From Octopus sinensis (taxonomy: Eukaryota), in assembly GCF_006345805.1 (NCBI RefSeq), contig NW_021826724.1:1-12096 (forward strand): a stretch of DNA of 12,096 nucleotides, in the 5' to 3' direction. Made by a program: the position numbers and the translations under genes. Within the stretch, counting starts at the first letter, position 1; each line of letters opens with the position of its first letter. This document shows, piece by piece, positions 1-7,803 of the stretch. Below the pieces are notes generated by a model. It was not told where the DNA came from and made no database searches. It saw only the letters and a program-made list of their open reading frames with translations.

Positions 1-24
1 AGAAAGAGAAAGAGAGAGGGAGAG
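1..24. repeat. (AG)n-rich microsatellite, truncated by window edge
   Basis: agaaagagaaagagagagggagag. Confidence 0.8.
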
Positions 25-236
25 CAGTCTGTATACCATACATAAAGCATATGTATCAATGAAAACCTGATTTACTGTGGTATTTTTTCTGAGATAATAT
101 TTTGTATAGGCGTATAGACGTACAGTGTTAAAAATACACAGAAATATATCACTAGCAGATGAAATTCCTTCAGCCGCGGTGAAGGCATTGCTAAATATGA
201 ATTTCTACCTCTTTGGGCTTCGTCAATAGCAATTAT

Positions 237-302
237 GCACATACACACAGACACACACACAGACACACAAGCAGGCACACACACACACGCCACACACACT
301 CA
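237..302. repeat. Imperfect (CA)n microsatellite
   Basis: cacacagacacacacacagacacac... read directly. Confidence 0.9.
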
Positions 303-445
303 CGAACAGCAGTATGCAGTTTTTATAAAAGTATTAATGAAATATCCATCAGATCATACCGTCGCTTCTTCAAAATGGAAGAAATTCACGTGATAATATA
401 AAGAACGGCCTTATTCATAACTCTTCCGAAACGGGGCGGACGATT

Positions 446-507
446 AAACAACAACAACAACAACAAATATTTTTCAACAACAACAATAACAAAAACAAAA
501 AAAAACA
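446..507. repeat. (AAC)n / A-rich microsatellite
   Basis: Two aacaacaac runs followed by an A-run. Confidence 0.85.
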
Positions 508-709
508 GCAACCCTATCATAATTCCGCTTTCGTCCATGCATCCTGCAACGTTTATTTTCCGTGTACAAAATTGAAACCTTTCAAAATGGTGCGTAAAGT
601 AACAGGGAAAACAAAAATATATTAATAAATAACAAGAAAAAATGGATAAAAAATAAACACTTTTTCTTTCAAAACCTTTACCATTTCATCCTAATAACGA
701 TGAAATACC

Positions 710-731
710 TTCTAATTAGGTTCTAATTAGG
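710..731. repeat. 11-bp perfect tandem duplication
   Basis: ttctaattagg at 710-720 and 721-731. Confidence 0.9.
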
Positions 732-754
732 ACCTGTAATAATTCTGTTAATTA

Positions 755-878
755 TGTACACACACACACACACACATACGCATATCTATGTACATGTATG
801 TGTAAATATATGCACATGTATAACAACGTACGTATATACACACACACATATACTCCCTTTTATACTATATATGTACAT

Positions 879-945
<67 letters not shown>

Positions 946-986
946 ATATATATACATACGTATATAAGTCTTTATATATATATTTA

Positions 987-1065
<79 letters not shown>

Positions 1066-1117
1066 GTGTATATATGTGTATATGTATGTATGTGTGTATG
1101 TATGTATGTATATATAT
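755..1117. repeat. Compound (CA)n/(TA)n/(TATG)n microsatellite
   Basis: Long TA runs at about 891-941 and 994-1056, with CA and TATG flanks; source of the YIYIYI ORFs. Confidence 0.97.
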
Positions 1118-1210
1118 GCGAATTTGAAGCAAACATGAATTAATTATTGACGCAATGCGTTAATTCCAGAGTTCAATTCATTTTCATGTTTATCAATAAC
1201 TGCATAGGAG

Positions 1211-1430
1211 GGCGGAGAGTTAACAGAATCATGAGAGTGCCCGGCAAAATGCTTAGCGGCACTTCGTCTGTCTTCAGTTTCTGAGTTCAAATTCCGCCGA
1301 GGCCGGCTTTGCCTTTTACCCTTTCGGTGTCTGTAAAATGAGTACAAGTTGAGCACTAGGGTCGGTGTAATCGTTTGCCACAACCATCGAAATTGCTGGC
1401 CTCGTGCACAAATTTGAAACCAATAATAAC
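1211..1430 (+). mobile_element. tRNA-derived SINE, family A (copy 1)
   Basis: Aligns by eye with 10030-10233 and 10984-11173. Pol III B-box-like GAGTTCAAATTCC at 1283-1295. Ends aaatttgaaacc plus a short (AAT) tail. Confidence 0.85.
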
Positions 1431-1617
1431 TGAGTATCGCATATTCAATTTACAACTGGAAGTCTTGCAATGTTATGGGATCTCAGTTTAATTGACAGGA
1501 ATAAATGATATCCAGATATTAATAAACACGAATTGCTACTTCGGCGTGGTTGCGGGACCCGCCTCATTGCGTAGTGTCTTGGGCGAGCCATAACCACGTA
1601 TCTCCTAATGCCTTGAG

Positions 1618-1796
1618 ATACATACATACAAACATACATAGATACATACATACATATCTACCTTCATACATACATAGATCTGACATAGTTACATACACAC
1701 ATACATATATATGCATATATATATATATGCATGTTTTCGTGCATACATACATACATACATACATACATACATACATACATACAAACATACTTACAT
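1618..1796. repeat. (CATA)n microsatellite
   Basis: Repeated catacatacata with interruptions. Confidence 0.95.
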
Positions 1797-2277
1797 AGAC
1801 CTGACATAGTGATTTGAGATAAGGAAGAGAAACTGTTTACAGTTGTGGAAGTCAGCTGCTCAGTGGGAGTTAAAGCTAAAGGTCAGCGAGAAAGAAAATA
1901 CCTATTTTGAACAAGTCCAGGTAATAATTGTAATTATTGGGGCGCTGGGATATGTAACACACCTAAATATCAATCTTGAAAAATCAGGCTTCTGAAAACC
2001 AGAAAAGGGAGAAAGGTGATTCGAAGACTACAGATCTAAGCTGTCACTAGAACTGTAAAAATCTGTAAAACTTTCCAGAAGTGTATCATTTAAATATATA
2101 TGAGCGTGTATAGACATGCAACTATATGCATGAGAATATATACCTAAATCTGCAGATATACATACATACAAAAATACCCTGTCGCTATTGTTGAAATTCC
2201 ATTGAATGAGCTTTGGATAGCTTAGAAACCGTCTCTCTCCCTATTGGCAAGAAATCTTGAAATAACACTGAATAATG
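1797..2277 (+). mobile_element. 5'-truncated, decayed non-LTR retrotransposon 3' end with restriction-like endonuclease (RLE) domain, R4/Dong-like, plus 3' UTR
   Basis: Manual translation from 1797: RPDIVI*DKEEKLFTVVEVSC ... KLKVSEKENTY ... IIGALGYV (1933 onward) ... IRRLQI*AVTRTVKICKTF...* (stop 2091-2093). This matches the RPD..D/E..K..Y..GALG order of RLE C-termini. Contains stops and frameshifts. Ends actgaataat, then catacatac. Confidence 0.8.
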
Positions 2278-2297
2278 ACATACATACGTATGTATGT

Positions 2298-2514
2298 GAA
2301 GGCGTATGGCTTAGTGGTTAGGGGCATTCGGCTCATGATCGTAAGGTCGTGAGTTCAATTCCCGGCGGCGCATTGTGTCCTTCAGCAAGACATTTTATTT
2401 CATGTTGCTCCAGTTCACTCAGCTGGCAAAAATGAGTAGTATCTGTATTTCAAAGTGCCAACCTTATCACACTCTGTGTCACGCTGAATCTCCCCGAGAA
2501 CTACGTTAACGGTA

Positions 2515-2553
<39 letters not shown>

Positions 2554-2650
2554 AGTGCTCAGCCACTTGCACATTAATTTCACGAGCAAAGCTCTTCCGT
2601 TGATCGTATCAGCTGGGACCCTCGTCGTCGCAACCGACGGAGTGCTCCTT
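2298..2650 (+). mobile_element. tRNA-derived SINE, family C, with CORE-like central region and internal (TG)n
   Basis: A-box TGGCTTAGTGG 2307-2317 and B-box GAGTTCAATTCC 2351-2362. gtgtccttcagcaagaca...cagctggcaaaaatgagt resembles the CORE domain. (TG)n at about 2518-2552. Possible TSD tatgtatgt at 2289-2297 and 2651-2659. Confidence 0.85.
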
Positions 2651-2699
2651 TATGTATGTTCACTCGCAACCAAGGAAGACCATCACTGATCATTGCCAT

Positions 2700-3070
2700 G
2701 CAAAATTGCCAGCAAATCCCGTGCATGAGGTATTGCATTCACGGTCGCCTTCAGCCGGGTTCGCGCCCGCGGCTTGCACGCTCTCTCTGGCGGCTACCAA
2801 TTCGACCGAGCACCGGAAAGTCGCTTCGCCGCCATTTGCACAGCCTAAAATTTTAAGTAGGTCCAATAAGGCTTGCACAGCATCTCACATACCCTCTCCA
2901 CTCCACTGAATTTATCTAGAGACAAGCCAGGTCAAGATACTTAGTGCCAATATGGGACGCAGACTCAGATGTGTGAGTGCACTATGATCGCAGAAGCAAA
3001 AGACCCTCAAAATGTTCGTTCCCTCTATATCTGGTTTTATATCAGAGTGACCTGCTCCAAGACAAATGCC
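2700..3070 (+). mobile_element. Possible third, heavily decayed RLE non-LTR 3' end plus UTR
   Basis: With frameshifts: LHALSG (2774-2791), EHRKVA (2808-2825), CTA/KILSRS (2837-2864). This resembles the LxxLPG..ELQKxALLGTAxILR C-terminus seen at 3582-3972. GC-rich island that runs into (CATA)n. Confidence 0.4.
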
Positions 3071-3480
3071 GTATACATGCGTACATGCATACATGCATAC
3101 ATATATAAATATGTACATACATACATGAGTACATACATGCAAACATACATACTTACATGCATACATAGTAACAAGCATACATACATGCACACACATACAT
3201 GTGTACATAGATACATACATACAAGCATATATACACACATACATACAAGCATACATACACACATACATACATGCATGCAAACAGACATACATACATGCAT
3301 GCAAACATATATATATACATACTTACAAACATACATACATACAAGCATACATGCATACATACACACACATACGTACATTAAAACATACAAGCACACACAC
3401 ATACACACACATGTGTATGCATTCATACACACACAAACGCCCACATGCACATATACATATATACACTATACATACGTGTG
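3071..3480. repeat. Degenerate (CATA)n/(CA)n microsatellite array
   Basis: catacatg/catacata/cacacata units; source of the HTYIH and MYVCM ORFs. Confidence 0.95.
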
Positions 3481-3581
3481 TCTGAATGTGGAGCTCTATA
3501 TTTGTATCTATGAAAACATGTATATATTTGTACACTTTGTGTATTTTTCTATTATCAAGAACAAGAAAAATCCAACGCAAA

Positions 3582-4066
3582 GGAATAACAACAGAAAAAG
3601 ATGGAATAGGCAAACGCCAGAAAAGGTTCCAGAAAATGAGAAAGTAACCATACTCTGGGATATGCCAATACACACAGAGAAATTTAAGGTCAATAGACTG
3701 GATATAGTTGTCAAAAATCATGAAGGATAAAGAATGCTTTCTAATCGATGTATCAATACTAACAGATGACAATGTTTCTATAAAAGAAACGGAGAACTTT
3801 CAAAATACAAAAACCTGGAAATACGCACAGTAGGCACATTAGGTATGATAAAAAAAATACTCAGACAAATACATAACAAAAACACCTGGACTAACAAGTA
3901 TATGTAACCATACAAAAAATAGGACTACTAGGCACCGCACACATCCTATGCAAAACACTTTCAATACGGTAAGAATAAGGGGATCACGACAAACCACAGC
4001 ACATACCCGAGGCACACAGAGCTGCGCTCGGTAGTGCAGTGAAAGCAAGTGATAAAAATAAGACTA

Positions 4067-4070
<4 letters not shown>
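3582..4070 (+). mobile_element. 5'-truncated R4/Dong-like non-LTR retrotransposon 3' end (RLE domain pseudogene plus 3' UTR)
   Basis: Manual translation across frameshifts: RWNRQTPEKVPENEKVTILWDMPIHTEKFKVNRLDIVVKNHE / DKECFLIDVSILTDDNVSIKETE / LSKYKNLEI / VGTLGMIKK / YSDKYITKTPGLTSICN / IQKIGLLGTAHILCKTLSIR* (stop 3970-3972). Followed by a ~100-bp UTR and a (TAA)n tail. Confidence 0.9.
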
Positions 4071-4118
<48 letters not shown>

Positions 4119-4128
4119 TAATATAATA
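4070..4128. repeat. (TAA)n tail or target microsatellite of the upstream LINE
   Basis: Perfect aataataat run directly after ctactg. Confidence 0.95.
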
Positions 4129-4132
4129 AAAT

Positions 4133-4163
4133 GAGGAGGAGGAGATGAGGAGGGGAGGAGGAG
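4133..4163. repeat. (GAG)n microsatellite
   Basis: gaggaggaggagatgaggaggggaggaggag. Confidence 0.9.
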
Positions 4164-4857
4164 TAATTACGCTAGTTAGTTAGATAAAACCATTGAGATT
4201 TCTGACGGCAAATCTATAGAGTCTAAGTTTTGGACACCGATCAGGTTTAAATGACAACTAGGAAAGTGTACGACATTAAGAGGCTCAGTTCAGTGATTAA
4301 ATGTATAATTTAGTGAAAATAATTAAAACTCTGGCTAATGATTTTTGAACAAAAAACAAAAACATGAATGTCACTTTTTCTTTTTAAATAAAATGGTTTC
4401 ATATAGTGTGTTTGATATCATACAACTCAAAAATAAAAAAAAAACAAAAAGACTCAAAAAATTACCCCGGGTTCTATATACGCAGCTGGACTTGCCCTGA
4501 GATAATATTGCAATAAGCTAACTCTTTTTTTTTTTTTTCAATACGCGCTGCAAAAGTGTGGATGTGCCTAATATATCCGTGAGGCTTTTAATGACTTGAA
4601 ATGCGTTACTTTAGTTTCGCATAGATTAAATAAAATTCAGAACAAAGTCTTAGGGGACACTTATCTTTAGCTAAAGAATATATAACATTATAGACAGGAA
4701 GTAGAAGTAAATGTATTTAGTGTGAAAGATATGAAGAAATTAATCACTGAAAGATATCCATAAATGGCGTCAAATTACATAATATAATTTAGTTTTGAGT
4801 GAAATAAATACTATCTGGAATGGAGTTCAAGAGTTCAATGAATACACTTGCTAAATG

Positions 4858-4888
<31 letters not shown>

Positions 4889-4961
4889 ATATATAATATC
4901 TAGTATATCTATATATTATATATATAATAATATATGTAATATATTATATATATATTAATAC

Positions 4962-4992
<31 letters not shown>

Positions 4993-5032
4993 CTATATAA
5001 TATTATTAATATATATTATATATTAATATTAT
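4858..5032. repeat. Degenerate (TA)n tract
   Basis: Almost pure A/T alternation. Confidence 0.95.
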
Positions 5033-5228
5033 ACCATAAAATGCGAGAATACTTTAATTTAGTGTAAAAAAATGGTGAGAAATACTATATTGGATTTTTA
5101 GCTACGGAAATTATAATGTAATTAAAGCGTGTAGATAAAGTAGAAGAGTGGATGTATTAAGGGGAATAACTAAGGAACACTTGTGATTAAAAAATATCAT
5201 AGGCAACGATATGAAAAGAGTCTAACGA

Positions 5229-5378
5229 ATACACACCTATATATATATATAAAACTATATACATATACATACATATATATACATACACACACACACATAT
5301 ATATATCTATATATATTTATATGCATGTATTTATATTCGCATACAGACACATACACACATACACACAACAACACAGGC
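5229..5378. repeat. Mixed (TA)n/(CA)n microsatellite
   Basis: Read directly. Confidence 0.85.
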
Positions 5379-5502
5379 ATATAACCTCATAAATATGAGA
5401 ATAAGTACAGTTAGCCAATATAACGATACAGAAGGAAATTAATAATTGTATTCAGGACTTGTAACTTTGAGAAAAAAAAGCAGAAATGCAATTACAGTCT
5501 AC

Positions 5503-5519
5503 ATATATATATTATATAG

Positions 5520-5570
<51 letters not shown>

Positions 5571-5627
5571 TATATACTATATATATTAATACATAATTAT
5601 ATACATATATATCTTATATATATATTA
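5503..5627. repeat. (TA)n tract
   Basis: Read directly. Confidence 0.95.
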
Positions 5628-5773
5628 TGATACAAATAAGATGATCTTTTATCGAACGCTGAGTTGCGGTTGAGGAGCAGAAATATTGGGTAAATTACCC
5701 TTACAATGTGCAAAATTTTGCTGGTCTAACGGTAACTCTACGTTCCAAAAATATCATCTCCTTATTTATATCG
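5628..5773. mobile_element. ~146-bp fold-back MITE with TA flanks (Tc1/mariner-type)
   Basis: Left end tgatacaaataag---atgatcttttatcgaacgctgagttgcggttgaggagcag aligns with the reverse complement of the right end, cgatataaataaggagatgatatttttggaacgtagagttaccgttagaccagca. TA at 5626-5627 and 5774-5775. Confidence 0.65.
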
Positions 5774-5813
5774 TACACAAACGCGCTAACAAAATGACAA
5801 ATATTTGTTTGTT

Positions 5814-5847
5814 TACACACACATTCACACACGCACACGTATATACA

Positions 5848-5915
<68 letters not shown>

Positions 5916-5955
5916 ATATTATATATAATATATATATATATATATATTATATATA
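5814..5955. repeat. (CA)n/(TA)n microsatellite
   Basis: Read directly. Confidence 0.95.
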
Positions 5956-5956
5956 A

Positions 5957-6110
5957 AATATTATTGAGACAAAACCACTATTTTGCAAAACAACAAGGAA
6001 AGACTTAATCAATACATAAAATTTAATAAATAGTCAAAAAACCGCCACTACAATCGTTTCTTGTCTTGATCGACAATCTTCAGGTGGACTTCCAATAATT
6101 CAGTTACAAA
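5957..6110 (-). mobile_element. Probable Penelope-like element terminal repeat (pLTR) fragment inserted in (TA)n
   Basis: Non-repetitive island between TA tracts carrying a minimal hammerhead fold. Minimal type I hammerheads are an established feature of Penelope-like pLTRs. No RT or GIY-YIG coding sequence is visible. Confidence 0.6.
6045..6087 (-). ncRNA. Minimal type I hammerhead ribozyme
   Basis: Minus strand reads CCAC-CUGAAGA-UUGUC-gaucaa-GACAA-GAAA-CGAUUG-UA-GUGG. Stem I CCAC/GUGG, core CUGANGA, 5-bp stem II, GAAA, 2-bp stem III with a near-palindromic loop, cleavage triplet GUA. Confidence 0.85.
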
Positions 6111-6159
6111 TTATATATATATATAATATATAATATATATATATAGATAGATAGATATA

Positions 6160-6526
6160 TCTTATATAAAATCCATTTTGTGTGTGTGTGTGTGTGGCTT
6201 CTAGGATCTCGGGCATCCTCCATCCGATTGCGCTCAAATTTGATATGTAGATACCGACGGCATCAGGACGTGTATAAGTCTTGAAAAAATTACAAAAACC
6301 GATTCCAGGTGAGAATGCGATCGATAATGCCGTGGGAAATCGTTTTTCTTTGGAATAGAAAAAAGTCTATCTTTATTTCTTCTTTTGCTGGTGTCTCAAA
6401 TTTCGGTTAGATCAGTGTTTCTCAAAGGGGAGGACTATGGGACGGTCGGACACGTAGTGTTGAGAAAATTTGGTTTAAAGTTTTGGCAACTCAGCACCGT
6501 TCATTGGACGGGGGGCGTTTTGCTCG
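6160..6526 (+). mobile_element. Probable non-autonomous Helitron
   Basis: Starts A|TCTTATATAAAA, followed by a (TG)n tract and ccgatt...aaatttg, the layout of Lep1/DINE-like 5' ends. 3' hairpin CCGTTC-ATT-GGACGG (6497-6511) lies 11 nt before CTCG (6523-6526), one change from CTAG. Confidence 0.55.
6413..6472. mobile_element. Possible 60-bp decayed hAT/Charlie-type MITE
   Basis: cagtgtttctcaa (6413-6425) ... ttgagaaaatttg (6460-6472), with inner TTTCTCAA/TTGAGAAA perfectly inverted. The 8-bp flanks ggttagat and gtttaaag match at 5 of 8 positions. Confidence 0.35.
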
Positions 6527-6548
6527 AATATATATATATATATATATA

Positions 6549-6966
6549 CTCTTTTACTTGTTTCAGTCATTTGACTGCGGCTATGCTGGAGCACCGCCTT
6601 TAGTCGATCAAATTGACCCCATGACTTATTCTTTGTAAGCCCATTACTTATTCTATCGGTCTCTTTTGCCGAACCGTTAGGTGACGGGGACGTAAAACAC
6701 CAGCATCGTTTGTCAAGCAATGCTAAGGGGACAAACACAGACTCACAAACACACAAACACACACACACTTCACATATATATATATATATATATAATACAT
6801 ATATATACGACAGGCTTCTTTCAGTTTCCGTCTACCAAATCCACTCACAAGGTATTGGTCGGCCGGGCTATAGCAGAAGACACTTGCCCAAGATGCCACG
6901 CAGTGGGACTAAACCCGGACCATGTGGTTGGTTAGCAAGCTACTACCACACAGCCACTCCTGCGCC
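6549..6966 (-). mobile_element. Full-length tRNA-derived SINE, family B, with internal (TA)/(TG) microsatellite
   Basis: Minus-strand head GGCGCAGGAG-TGGCTGTGTGG (A-box 6956-6946), GGTTTAGTCCC (B-box-like 6915-6905) and CORE-like cttgggcaagtgtcttct. The 3' part ends tgactgaaacaagtaaaagag and matches 7590-7735. Confidence 0.9.
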
Positions 6967-6973
6967 TATATAT

Positions 6974-7035
<62 letters not shown>

Positions 7036-7046
7036 ATTATTATATA
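6967..7046. repeat. (TA)n tract
   Basis: Read directly. Confidence 0.95.
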
Positions 7047-7250
7047 TATCTGTAAAATAATATGTGACAATTATTCGGTAGCCCAAGATAAACTGAGTTT
7101 CGGATGCCGAGGTAGAAATCCACAACACCATCTCTTCGGTTATCTGGTCAGATAACCGAAGAGATGGTGGTGTGGATTTCCACCTCGGCATCCGAAACTC
7201 AGAGTTTTATCTTGGCTATTGAATAATTGTCACGTATTATTTTACAGATA
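7047..7250. repeat. Long inverted repeat (arms 7047-7146 and 7149-7250, 2-nt spacer)
   Basis: Arms are reverse complements with about 5 substitutions and 3 small indels by manual alignment. Centre is ttcggttatctg-gt-cagataaccgaa. Confidence 0.97.
7150..7212 (+). ncRNA. Type I hammerhead ribozyme-like fold with variant core (CCGAAGA)
   Basis: Stem I AGAUAA (7150-7155)/UUAUCU (7207-7212). Core CCGAAGA 7156-7162. Stem II GAUG...CAUC(C) with inner GUGG/CCAC. GAAA 7194-7197. Stem III ACU-cag-AGU. Triplet GUU ending at 7206. Confidence 0.6.
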
Positions 7251-7314
7251 ATTTCCTCTATTTACATAATATTGTGGTCTCTTTCTTTCTTTTGTTATCT
7301 TACCGTTTTTTACC

Positions 7315-7337
7315 ATATATTATATTTATATATACCA

Positions 7338-7380
<43 letters not shown>

Positions 7381-7404
7381 TGTATGTATGTGTGTATATA
7401 TGCA
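7315..7404. repeat. (TA)n-(GA)n-(TATG)n compound microsatellite
   Basis: Read directly. Confidence 0.9.
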
Positions 7405-7421
7405 TATAAGTGCTTGTATGT

Positions 7422-7503
7422 ATTTTCTTCAGGTTGAGTAGCCCATCCCGCTCAAACGGTCCCTGAATAAGGGTTGTTTAAGGATGTTGAAAAACCCACC
7501 CAT
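7422..7503 (+). repeat. 82-bp near-exact copy of 10464-10546
   Basis: attttcttcaggttgagtagcccatcccgctcaaacgg...gaaaaacccacccat is identical apart from one T indel. Confidence 0.97.
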
Positions 7504-7589
7504 TCATATGTGTATACACACACATACACGTGTACGCAGAAATGACTATGAAAATATATGGATTGCTTTATAAGTGCTTGTAAGTGCGG

Positions 7590-7741
7590 TTACGTCCCCA
7601 TAACTTAGCGGTTCGGCTAAGAGGCCGATAGAATAAGTACTAGGCTTACAAAGAATAAGTCCTGCGGTCGATGTGTTCGACTAAAGGCGGTGCTCCAACA
7701 TGGCCGCAGTCAACATGACTGAAACAAATAAAAGAATAAAA
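7590..7741 (+). mobile_element. 5'-truncated SINE, family B (3' portion)
   Basis: Roughly 85-90% identical by eye to the reverse complement of 6549-6695. Confidence 0.9.
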
Positions 7742-7767
7742 TATAATAATATATAAACTAACATACT

Positions 7768-7803
7768 AAAACTCTGATTCGATTAAAAACTCTAGATTCG
7801 ATT
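7768..7803. repeat. ~18-bp tandem duplication
   Basis: aaaactctgattcgatt / aaaaactctagattcgatt. Confidence 0.85.

Larger units (their letters stand above)
7047..7314 (+). mobile_element. Probable Penelope-like pLTR with inverted partial copy, inserted in (TA)n
   Basis: Longer + copy (7149-7314) and shorter inverted copy (7047-7146), a hammerhead-like fold and TA tracts on both sides. Inverted partial pLTRs are an established feature of Penelope-like elements. Confidence 0.6.

Noticed and set aside
167-185. Short near-palindromes at 167-185 and 11578-11597
   Set aside because: About 20 bp each, isolated, with no supporting context. Plausibly chance.
387-440. Promoter-like cluster: CACGTG 387-392, TATAAA 397-402, GGGGCGGA 433-440
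   Set aside because: Short motifs expected by chance, with no linked exon or ORF.
754-1143. ORFs of 64-129 aa ([10 protein letters not shown]), and similar ORFs at 72-401, 1445-1798, 2912-3485, 5183-6008, 6710-7409 and 10826-11020
   Set aside because: Translations of microsatellites or SINEs that happen to lack stops; no protein-like content.
2301-2372. tRNA gene (also 6895-6966 and 11967-12025)
   Set aside because: A and B boxes are present, but there is no complete cloverleaf or acceptor stem, and each continues into a SINE body.
2969-3730. 253-aa ORF as a gene
   Set aside because: Mostly (CATA)n read-through. Only the last ~45 aa are real, and they belong to a frameshifted LINE remnant.
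4215-4590. Tc1-like TIR fragments (aagttttggacacc; gtgcctaatatatccgtgagg)
   Set aside because: The two ends do not match each other convincingly, and there is no transposase remnant.
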